Shown here: positions 38,873 to 46,452 of the stretch, piece by piece | How the letters are laid out: the number at the start of each line of letters is the position of its first letter | Position numbering within the stretch: position 1 is the stretch's first letter | Source: Pseudomonadota bacterium | Lineage (GTDB): Bacteria; Pseudomonadota; Gammaproteobacteria; Burkholderiales; UBA9220 | DNA: 64,000 nucleotides | NCBI GenBank assembly: GCA_021845865.1 | Contig: JAJZVC010000008.1 | Location: forward strand, 1,137-65,136 | Direction of reading: 5' to 3' | The notes under the pieces: generated by a model | What the model saw: the letters and a program-made list of their open reading frames with translations, nothing else | Told to the model about the DNA's origin: nothing | Databases searched by the model: none | Position numbers and translations under genes: made by a program

Positions 38873-38895
38873 GGAAAAAACCGTGGTCTGTCCCC
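38873..38895 (-). repeat. repeat copy 3 (GGGGACAGACCACGGTTTTTTCC on the minus strand)
   Basis: Inverted relative to copy 2, 42 nt away. Its AAAAAAGGGGAC end is duplicated in tandem at 38905-38916. Confidence 0.9.
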
Positions 38896-38921
38896 TTTTT
38901 TCGTGTCCCCTTTTTTCTGGG

Positions 38922-39245
38922 TTAGACAAAAAAGCCCCTCATCATCATTGCGATGCCATAAAAAAGTGGCAAGAAAAGTATGGATGTTGGTATGCCAGCT
39001 AAGCAATATGCAGTTTTGATATGGCTAGCAGAAAGCGCTTTCTTGGCCAACCGAGAACCTAAGATTGCAGCGATTGGAGTTGTCCAGATGAAAATAACAA
39101 ACAACCATCGCGTCAGATGTGACGCCGGGCCGTTTCCTTCAAATGCCATCATTGTGGCAAATAGCATTGGTATCCATACAACCAAACCTACATAACTGAT
39201 GGTGCTGATTGTTCTCAGGCGGTCTGAATGTTTATCAATGTCCAC
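38922..39245 (-). CDS. hypothetical membrane protein (107 aa, about 3 TM)
   Basis: A GTG-initiated ORF in low-GC DNA. Hydrophobic segments are ISYVGLVVWIPMLFATMMAF, WLFVIFIWTTPIAAILG and CLAGIPTSILFLPLFYGIAMMM. Confidence 0.55.
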   Translation of the reverse strand: MDIDKHSDRLRTISTISYVGLVVWIPMLFATMMAFEGNGPASHLTRWLFVIFIWTTPIAAILGSRLAKKALSASHIKTAYCLAGIPTSILFLPLFYGIAMMMRGFFV

Positions 39246-39270
39246 GATATTTTGACGTTAAAGGAAAATA

Positions 39271-39291
39271 GGGGACAGACCACGGTTTCCC
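39271..39291 (+). repeat. repeat copy 4 (GGGGACAGACCACGGTTTCCC)
   Basis: Identical to copy 2, and 25 nt upstream of the ORF 38922-39245 start. Confidence 0.95.
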
Positions 39292-39479
39292 AACCGTCAT
39301 GCCAGTCTTAACATATCAGCAGGCACAATACCACCACATATCATTTACTATCAATAGCTTAGTATTTTTACCAGTCGGTAATAAATGCCAACAGCACGGA
39401 CAGCCCAAAGCCAGCCCCTGGCGCAAAGCGGAAGTTAAAGCAGGGTTCGTCCGACGAACGCTGGCGCCGCGACGGCGCG

Positions 39480-40637
39480 TCAGACCCTTGCCACCACCAG
39501 CGGCACCGTCATTTCCTCGGCGCTGACGCCGCCGTGGACGCCGATATGCTGGAAGGGCTTCTCCCCCGCCACCTGGTCCTTGATGACCCAGTTGTCCTTC
39601 ATCAGCAGGGTGTAGTGGCCGATGCGCCGCGCCAGGCGGGGGTGGGGTTCCCCCAGGCCGAAGAAGCCCCGTTGCAGCAGCTCCTCGCTGCGGTGAAGCT
39701 CGGCGCAGTGGCCCAGCTTGTCGCCGACGTAGCGCTCGAAGGCCGCGCCCCGGTCCGGGTGGACGTAGCAGTAGGCGGCGCGGGGCTCGCCGCAGAGGGG
39801 CAGGACGAGGGTTCGCTCCAGTTCCGGGTGATCGGAGAGTTTCACCATCCGCTCGGGGGCGGTGTCGATCAGGCCGTGGTCGGCGGTGGCGATCACCAGA
39901 GTGTCGCTGCCCCGCAGGGTTTCGAGGAAGTTGCCGAAGAGCCGGTCCAGCTCCTGGAAGCGGGCCGCCACCTTGTCGCTGCCGGTGCCGTGCTCGTGGG
40001 CCAGGGCGTCGATGTCCGGCAGGTAAGCGTAGATGTATTTCCGGCCCGGCGCTTCCGCCACGCTGGCCACCGAGGCGAACAGCTGCGCCAGGCCCTTGTA
40101 GCCGATGCGCCGGGCGCTGCCGCTGTGGGCGGTATTGAAGTCGGTGCCGGCGATCCACGCCGGCGCCACCACCACCGACGGCACGGCCAGGGTGTCGAAC
40201 AGGGGGGTGAGGCCGAACAGGTCCCGGGGCGTGATGCCCGCCGCCGACAGGGAGGCGCCGCCGAACCGTGCCCGGAACGGCAGCACCGCCAGCACGCTGC
40301 CCGCTTCCGCCAGGTAGGTGAACCAGCCGGTGAGGGCGTGCTGCTGGGGGGCCTCGCCGGTCATGAAGGTGGTGATGGCGCTGGCGGTGGTGGAGGGAAA
40401 GACCGAGGTCATGGCGCCCCGCCGGTGCCTCTCCCAGGCGCTGCCGGCGCCGATGCGGCGCAGCAGGTCGAGGCCCAGGCCGTCCGCCACCAGCAGCACC
40501 ACGTTGCGCGCGTCGGCGATTTCCTCCGGCGGCAGGCCGCGCAGGGGCGGATAGTCCGCCGACGGCCTTCCCAGCGCCGCCCGCAGGGAGGCCATCAGGT
40601 TGGCGAGGCTGCCGCCGTGGTAGTCGGGAAGGGTCAT
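39480..40637 (-). CDS. alkaline phosphatase-superfamily phosphodiesterase/nucleotide pyrophosphatase-like protein
   Basis: Contains VVLLVADGLGLD, FPSTTASAITTFMTG, YLPDIDALAHEHG and VIATADHG, the metal-ligand pattern of type I phosphodiesterase / PglZ-like enzymes. Confidence 0.75.
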   Translation of the reverse strand: MTLPDYHGGSLANLMASLRAALGRPSADYPPLRGLPPEEIADARNVVLLVADGLGLDLLRRIGAGSAWERHRRGAMTSVFPSTTASAITTFMTGEAPQQHALTGWFTYLAEAGSVLAVLPFRARFGGASLSAAGITPRDLFGLTPLFDTLAVPSVVVAPAWIAGTDFNTAHSGSARRIGYKGLAQLFASVASVAEAPGRKYIYAYLPDIDALAHEHGTGSDKVAARFQELDRLFGNFLETLRGSDTLVIATADHGLIDTAPERMVKLSDHPELERTLVLPLCGEPRAAYCYVHPDRGAAFERYVGDKLGHCAELHRSEELLQRGFFGLGEPHPRLARRIGHYTLLMKDNWVIKDQVAGEKPFQHIGVHGGVSAEEMTVPLVVARV

Positions 40638-40674
40638 GATTGCCGCTGTTTTCCTGTCATGGCGCCAGTATATT

Positions 40675-42045
40675 TCACTGCAGCATGAAGGTCTCGTATT
40701 CCAGCCGTTCCAGGCGGCGGTCGAGGAGCAGCATGCCGATCACCACCGTGGCGAGGAGGGAGAGGGCGAAACCGTAGCCGTAGAAAGTGGCCCCCAGCTT
40801 CAGGGTGGCAACGGTCAGGATGGCGTTGGCGGCGAGAAAGAACAGCACCAGGGCCAGGACGTTGAGGCGCTTGTCCAGGTAGTAGAAGACGTTGAGCAGC
40901 CCCAGCAGCACCACCTGCAGGGCCGCCGCCACCACGTCCACGTACAGCAGGGGCAGGTACAGCTCGGAAATCCCCAGCCAGCGCAGCAGGGATGGCCCCA
41001 GGACGAAGGTCAGCAGCACGGCGATGGCCTGGATTTTGACGATCTCCCCCAGGCCCTGGCGGATGGTGTGCACCATCTCATCGCGCATCTCCTCGATGTA
41101 TTCCAGGGTTCCCCCCTCCCGCACCGAGTCGTAGAACTTCTGGTAGTACTCGACGAAGTCGGTCTCCATGCGCACCAGGAACACCGCCATGCCAGGAATC
41201 ACCGACAGGTAGGCGAGGAAGATGGGGAAGTCGTAGATCAGGGAGGCCCGCAGGGGGCCGATGACGTTCTGCCCCGTGTCTGGATGAAACCAGAAAATGA
41301 TCTTGTCGCTCCACACCGCCAGGTTATAGGCGAAGCCGGAAACCATCAGGCTGGGATACATCACCCCTTTCTTCAGGAAATCGAAGGCCACGAAGCGGGA
41401 CGAGGGATAGTCCCGGTAAATCAGGGACAGCATGCCGGTGAGAAGGACGATATGCCCGATGATGAATCCCGCCAGCAGCCCTTCCAGGCCGAAGGGCCGC
41501 AGCACCAGGGCCGCCAGGACGCTGATGGCGTAGCCCGCGCCGTACATGACGACGATGGTCTTGTAGTATTTCATTCCCGACAGGGCCAGGGTGGTCACCC
41601 AGATGCAGCACATGGCGACGAAGCCGCCCAGCAGCAGCAGCTTGTAGGCGGCGCCAACGCCGCCGAAGAAGAGAAACAGCGCGGCCACCCCCAACCCTCC
41701 CGAGGCAGCCATGACCAGCAGCAACAGGCCGTTGAAGTTGGGCATGACGATTTCCTCGTTGCCCTCGTACAGCCGGTCGGCGATGAAGCGGGTGAAGGCG
41801 AGCTGGATCACCCCCGTCAGCACCAGGGAACCCACCATGATGTAGGTGACGGAAACCTGGAACTGGGTGACGAGGAAATCCGGCACCACCACCGACAGGC
41901 TCATGAAGCCGATGATCAAGACGCCGACGATGGACAGCACCCAGGAGCCGGAGCTGATCACCCCGGCATAGAGGTAGGCCTGCAGCAGGCCGCTGTAGGT
42001 GTCGGATTTGAGGAGTTTCCTTAGTTCAAAACCAATCCCCGCCAT
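40675..42045 (-). CDS. pelG: Pel polysaccharide membrane protein PelG
   Basis: Starts MAGIGFELRKLLKSDTYSGLLQAYLYAGVISSGSWVLSIVG and is polytopic. The track ORF extends to 42162. Confidence 0.88.
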   Translation of the reverse strand: MAGIGFELRKLLKSDTYSGLLQAYLYAGVISSGSWVLSIVGVLIIGFMSLSVVVPDFLVTQFQVSVTYIMVGSLVLTGVIQLAFTRFIADRLYEGNEEIVMPNFNGLLLLVMAASGGLGVAALFLFFGGVGAAYKLLLLGGFVAMCCIWVTTLALSGMKYYKTIVVMYGAGYAISVLAALVLRPFGLEGLLAGFIIGHIVLLTGMLSLIYRDYPSSRFVAFDFLKKGVMYPSLMVSGFAYNLAVWSDKIIFWFHPDTGQNVIGPLRASLIYDFPIFLAYLSVIPGMAVFLVRMETDFVEYYQKFYDSVREGGTLEYIEEMRDEMVHTIRQGLGEIVKIQAIAVLLTFVLGPSLLRWLGISELYLPLLYVDVVAAALQVVLLGLLNVFYYLDKRLNVLALVLFFLAANAILTVATLKLGATFYGYGFALSLLATVVIGMLLLDRRLERLEYETFMLQ

Positions 42046-42046
42046 C

Positions 42047-43561
42047 TCATTCCTTTTCCAGGCAGGCGCGGTAAATGCCGCGGTAGCTGTCGAACACCAG
42101 CTCCTCCGAATAGTAGCGCTCCACCCGCTCCATCCCGGCCCGCTGGGCGGCATGCCAGGCATTTTCGTCGGTCAGCAGCTCCAGGCAGGCATCGGCCAGG
42201 GCCCCGGGAGAGGCGATGCCGACGACGCGCCCCGACGGCCCCAGGGCCTCGTCCTCCCCCGGCAGGCCATGCACCAGCTGGCGGCAGGAACCCACGTCGG
42301 TGGTCACCACCGGCACCCCGGCGCCGTAGGCCTCCAGCACCACCAGGGGCAAGGCCTCGCTGATGGAGCTCAGCACCAGCAGGCCCGCCTGGGGCAGGAT
42401 ATCCTCCACCTTGCGGAAGCCGAGGAACCTCACCGACTCGGCCAGGCCCAGGCTCTGCACCAGTTCGCGGCACTCCCGGGCGTATTCCGGGTCTTCCTCC
42501 TCCGGCCCCACGATCCATCCCTGGGCCTCCGGCAGGCGGTTCACCACGGTGCGCATGGCGCGGATGAAGGTCTTCACGTCCTTGATCGGCACCACCCGGC
42601 CGATGAGGCACATCACCGGCGGCACCGCCTCGGCCCGCTGCCGGCGCAAGGGCACCAGCTTGCCTAGATTCACGCCGTTGGGGATGCAGCGGGTCCGCTC
42701 CGCCGGCGCCCCGTCCTGGAGCTGGCGCTGGCGGTTGGCCTCGTAGAGGGCGACGATGTGGTCGCAGGCGTCGTAGCACATCTTGCCCAGGACCTCGAAG
42801 AAGCGGATCCACAGCTGCTTCAGGTAGCCGATTTCCGTGGCGCTGCGCTGGAACAGGTTGCGGTTGTCCCGCACCCAGTCGCTCTGGAACAGGTCGATCT
42901 TGCGTTCCTTGGTGTAGATGCCGTGCTCCGACAGGACCAGGGGCTTGCCGGTGTACTGCTTGAGGAGAGCGCCGAGGAAGCCGGCATAGCCGGTGGACAC
43001 CGTGTGGTAGGCGCGGACCGGGAAAGGATGCTGCCCCGCCGCCGCCAGCAGCCACACCGGCGTGTGCATGATGCGCACGGTCCAGAAATAGTCGATGTAG
43101 GACGGGTCGGCGCAGTACTTGCCGTAGCGGTTGCGGATGAAATCCCAGGAGCGCTTGCCGTAAAGAAAGGTGCCGTGGGGCAGCTTGCCGCCCCCGTGGA
43201 GTTCCCGCGCCAGGTCGGCGAAAAGGCTGCTCCAAGGCGTGGACAGGGGAGTGCGGAAGGCCTCGTGGAGCTTATCCACCCGCTCGAACACTTCCGCGTC
43301 GCCGTCGCAGGCCTGGACCGGCGGGGCCTCGTGGGCAGAGAAAATGTAGTGGTGCTCCAGGTGGACCACGTTGTCCGGCAGGGGATATTTTTTCTCGCCG
43401 TAATCCTCCGGCCGGCTGCCGATGAAAATGAGGGCGAAGGTGTACTCGGGGAAGCCCCTGATCAGCTGGTGCACCCAGCTCGACACGCCGCCGGAGACGT
43501 AGGGATAGGTCCCCTCCAGCAGCAGCCCGATGTCGGCGCGGTCGGCCTTGCTGAAATTCAT
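42047..43561 (-). CDS. pelF: Pel glycosyltransferase PelF (GT4)
   Basis: Contains IGLLLEGTYPYVSGGVSSWVHQLI, and a C-terminal GT4 EX7E-type region (SSISEALPLVVLEAYGAGVPVVTTDVG). Confidence 0.9.
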   Translation of the reverse strand: MNFSKADRADIGLLLEGTYPYVSGGVSSWVHQLIRGFPEYTFALIFIGSRPEDYGEKKYPLPDNVVHLEHHYIFSAHEAPPVQACDGDAEVFERVDKLHEAFRTPLSTPWSSLFADLARELHGGGKLPHGTFLYGKRSWDFIRNRYGKYCADPSYIDYFWTVRIMHTPVWLLAAAGQHPFPVRAYHTVSTGYAGFLGALLKQYTGKPLVLSEHGIYTKERKIDLFQSDWVRDNRNLFQRSATEIGYLKQLWIRFFEVLGKMCYDACDHIVALYEANRQRQLQDGAPAERTRCIPNGVNLGKLVPLRRQRAEAVPPVMCLIGRVVPIKDVKTFIRAMRTVVNRLPEAQGWIVGPEEEDPEYARECRELVQSLGLAESVRFLGFRKVEDILPQAGLLVLSSISEALPLVVLEAYGAGVPVVTTDVGSCRQLVHGLPGEDEALGPSGRVVGIASPGALADACLELLTDENAWHAAQRAGMERVERYYSEELVFDSYRGIYRACLEKE

Positions 43562-44565
43562 GCCCTGGGCTCCCGGGAAGTCCAATAGCTCACCACCGGC
43601 TTGAGGCGGGGGGACAACTGCACTGCCGAAATCCCCTTCAGCAGCAGCGCCACCAGCTCGAAATCCCGCCGGCGGAAAGTGACCTCCGCCAGGTAGGGCA
43701 ACACCCGCGCCCGCGGCAGGCCTTTCTCGAAGCCTTGCATGAAGGCGTACTCGGCTTCCTGGAGATTGCCCATTTCCAGTTCCGCCCGCCCTCGCAGGTA
43801 CCAGATGCCCGGGTCGTCCGGCGCCAGCTTCTGGGCCTCCTCCACGTAGCGCCGGGCCTCGGCGATGAGGTGGCGTTTCACGTCCCCCTGGACCAGATGC
43901 TCATACACCAGCTCCCAGTGCAGTTCCGCCAGGTGGCGCAGGCTGTTGAGGCGCTCCTCCGGCTTCCTGGCCTGCTCCAGCTGCGCCGCCTCGGCGCGGA
44001 TTTTCTTGTAGATCGCCTTTTCCCGCCGGTCGATGATGCCGTAGGCAATCAGCCGGATATCGTCGGCGGTATCGTCCATGGACTGGCGCAGGGTGGGGTT
44101 GGCCGCCGACGGCGCCACCCCTTGCAGGGCCAGGAGCGCCTTCATCCGCCGCTCCACGGGAATCTCCCGGTTCGCCAGCAATGGCCGCAGGGCGCCGTGT
44201 CCGAAGGACATTTCCTGCCCGCCCCGGGCGGGAACGAACTCCGGCAGCTCCACCTTGGCGAACTCGCGCCCCTTGGCGAAGCGCGGCAGATAGGTGGCCG
44301 CCACCACGCTCAGCCACAGGGCCGCCAGGCCGGCCACGGGCATGAAGAAGGCGAAGCAGAACAGGAGCGCCAGGGAGAAGCGGCGCGGCTGCCGGTACTG
44401 GGGGGGCAGCAGGCCGTGGACGAAGAGGGTCAGCATGGCGCTGGCGCCGCCGTGGCAGAGGAGAAACAGCGACAAGGCCCCCGCCCCGGCCTGGTTGGGG
44501 TAAACCGCCAGCAGCGCGGAGGATTCCAGGGAGAGAGCGCCCAGGCCCAGCTTCCAGTTAAGCAT
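43558..44565 (-). CDS. pelE: PelE (membrane + TPR-like)
   Basis: N-terminal TM helices are followed by TPR-like repeats (YLRGRAELEMGNLQEAEYAF). It is in operon position between pelD and pelF with ATGA overlaps. Confidence 0.8.
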   Translation of the reverse strand: MLNWKLGLGALSLESSALLAVYPNQAGAGALSLFLLCHGGASAMLTLFVHGLLPPQYRQPRRFSLALLFCFAFFMPVAGLAALWLSVVAATYLPRFAKGREFAKVELPEFVPARGGQEMSFGHGALRPLLANREIPVERRMKALLALQGVAPSAANPTLRQSMDDTADDIRLIAYGIIDRREKAIYKKIRAEAAQLEQARKPEERLNSLRHLAELHWELVYEHLVQGDVKRHLIAEARRYVEEAQKLAPDDPGIWYLRGRAELEMGNLQEAEYAFMQGFEKGLPRARVLPYLAEVTFRRRDFELVALLLKGISAVQLSPRLKPVVSYWTSREPRA

Positions 44566-45901
44566 GGGTGACGATGTCCTCCATGGCCGCCAGCAGGGGC
44601 TTGGCCCCCAGTTCCGCCACGTGGACCCGGCCGCAGGCGTCCTCCAGGGAAACGCCGAAATGCTGCTTGAACAGGTGTTCGAGGCGCTGCAGATAGCCCT
44701 CCACCGCCACTTCGCCGCAAAGGGGCATCAGATTGACGTATTTCACCGTCTCGCCACGGCGCAGTTCCCAGGCCACGTCCAGGCCCCGCTTCATGCGCTT
44801 GAGCAGCATCACCATGTCCTCCCGGTCCTCATGGGGCGGGAAGGACAGGGACACCACGTGGGACTTCACCCCGTGGTCCCGGCCCAGGCGCCATAGGCGC
44901 ACCATTTCCTCGGCGAACTCCAGGGGGCAATCGGCATCATGATCCATGATGCCGCGCACCTCCTCCACGTCGCTGACGCTGTCGGCGTAATAGCCCAGCA
45001 TCACCGCCAGCAACTGCAGGGTGTCCTGGTTGAGGGCGAAAAAGGGCATCTGGTCCACCGCCAGCACCCCCAGCAGCCTTCCCTTGCTGCTGAGCACCGG
45101 CGCCACCGCCAGGAAGCGGCTTTCCGTGGCCGTGCTCAGCTCCATGGTCTGGACATGGGTCAGGGTCCGCTGTTCCAGGGCCTGGGCGACCATGGGATCG
45201 GTCCGGTCGAAGGCAGGCGGATCGCCGAGTTTCGCCACCTGGCTGAAGCTGCGGCCATCGTCGGCGGTGACGTACAGGGCCGCTCCCTCCAGCTGGCAAT
45301 ATTGGGCCAGCAGCACCAGCATATCCTCTCCCGCCGGCATGGCCTGTCCCCGGCGGTCCCCCACCGCCAGCTCCCGCAGGGAGACGAGGGTATCCCGCAG
45401 GGTGGCCGGGCGGGAAAGCAGGTCCTGCTCCAGCCGGTCGTGGGACAGGCGCAGCAGGTGGTGCAGCTTGGTCATGCGCGACATGCGCTCGTCGAGGAAA
45501 TGGTTGGCCTCGTTGAGGCGGCGCAGGCGCGTCTGCCACAGGTCGCTGTATTCGCCGCACACCATCACCGCCAGCATGCCGCCGAAGAAGTAGAGCTTGG
45601 GAAACTCCCCCGCCTGGGGCAGCCACCAGTAGTTCAGGAGCAGCCAGGCGGCAAGGAGCAGGAAGGCGGAAAAGATGCCCGGCATCATGCCGTAGCGCAG
45701 GGCCAGCAGCAGGGGCGCGAACCACAGCCAGGGGAACTCCGACTCGACGAAGAACGGCTGCTCGGGCTGGACGGCGTAGGCCAGGCCCAGGGCCAACGCC
45801 GTCAGGACGGCGGATTCGGTCCACACCCAGCGCGCGCCGGCGGAGAAGGGCAGCACCGCCCGGCGCGCCTGCTCCCTGAAGCTGCGGCGGCGTTCGGCCA
45901 T
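44558..45901 (-). CDS. pelD: PelD c-di-GMP receptor (TM + GAF + degenerate GGDEF)
   Basis: Starts MAERRRSF. It has four TM segments, a GAF-like middle, and a C-terminal domain lacking GGDEF but carrying KRMKRGLDVAW (RxxD). The track ORF extends to 46321. Confidence 0.85.
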   Translation of the reverse strand: MAERRRSFREQARRAVLPFSAGARWVWTESAVLTALALGLAYAVQPEQPFFVESEFPWLWFAPLLLALRYGMMPGIFSAFLLLAAWLLLNYWWLPQAGEFPKLYFFGGMLAVMVCGEYSDLWQTRLRRLNEANHFLDERMSRMTKLHHLLRLSHDRLEQDLLSRPATLRDTLVSLRELAVGDRRGQAMPAGEDMLVLLAQYCQLEGAALYVTADDGRSFSQVAKLGDPPAFDRTDPMVAQALEQRTLTHVQTMELSTATESRFLAVAPVLSSKGRLLGVLAVDQMPFFALNQDTLQLLAVMLGYYADSVSDVEEVRGIMDHDADCPLEFAEEMVRLWRLGRDHGVKSHVVSLSFPPHEDREDMVMLLKRMKRGLDVAWELRRGETVKYVNLMPLCGEVAVEGYLQRLEHLFKQHFGVSLEDACGRVHVAELGAKPLLAAMEDIVTHA

Positions 45902-46428
45902 CAGCGGATGCCCGCGCTCTGCAACAGGTCGTGCATCAGGCTCTGGGCCACGGCGCTCACCGCGTCGCGGCTCCAGCCGCTCTTGGCGCCGGCGGCGCTC
46001 CATACCACGCCGCCGCTCTGGAGATCGACGATGGACAGGCTGATGCCCACCGCCGGCTCGCCGTCCACGCCGGCCTTGTAGCGCCACTCGGTGACGGCGC
46101 CGGCGAGGGCGTAGCGCACGCCCTGCTCCTTGGCCCAGCGCAGGGCCTCGTCCTGGGCCTTGCGCTCGCTGGGCTCGAACACGCTGTCCTGGGCCAGCTC
46201 GGCGGGGTAACGGACCAGGTCGCCGATGCCCTGGGTGCGCAGCAGGGTGTCCGCCATCGCCTCGGCCCGCATGCCCGCCTGGGGGGCGTCGGTATGGTTG
46301 AGGAAGGGGACGATGGCCCACTTCGCGCCGTGCTCCAGGGCGGGACGGGGAGAGTGGTCGATGGTGGCGCAGCCGGCCAGGAGGGCGGCCAGCAGCATCA
46401 GGCAGTAGGGCAGGTATCGTCTCAACAC
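45901..46428 (-). CDS. pelC: PelC outer-membrane lipoprotein
   Basis: A 175-aa product with the lipobox LLAALLAGC, in operon position. Confidence 0.85.
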   Translation of the reverse strand: MLRRYLPYCLMLLAALLAGCATIDHSPRPALEHGAKWAIVPFLNHTDAPQAGMRAEAMADTLLRTQGIGDLVRYPAELAQDSVFEPSERKAQDEALRWAKEQGVRYALAGAVTEWRYKAGVDGEPAVGISLSIVDLQSGGVVWSAAGAKSGWSRDAVSAVAQSLMHDLLQSAGIR

Positions 46429-46452
46429 ATCGTTCTCCTTGTCGCGGTCAAA

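Larger units (their letters stand above)
38234..39291. mobile_element. low-GC islet bounded by inverted copies of a 21-bp repeat (possible decayed or non-autonomous mobile module pair)
   Basis: Hand counts give 40% and 45% GC for 38941-39000 and 39001-39060, versus 65% for 40021-40080. The outer repeat copies are in inverted orientation. No recombinase or transposase is present. Confidence 0.4.

Noticed and set aside
38806-38927. Reading the inter-ORF palindrome as a bona fide integron attC site (a CALIN-type cassette pair)
   Set aside because: GTTAGGG and GTTAGAC resemble the GTTRRRY core but are in direct rather than inverted orientation. The first also fails the final Y, and no intI is present in the window. 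I keep this only as something to test with an attC covariance model.
38234-39291. Reading the four 21-bp repeats as a CRISPR array
   Set aside because: The copies alternate in orientation, the spacings are unequal (about 556, 42 and 375 nt), and the intervening DNA encodes ORFs. No cas genes are present.
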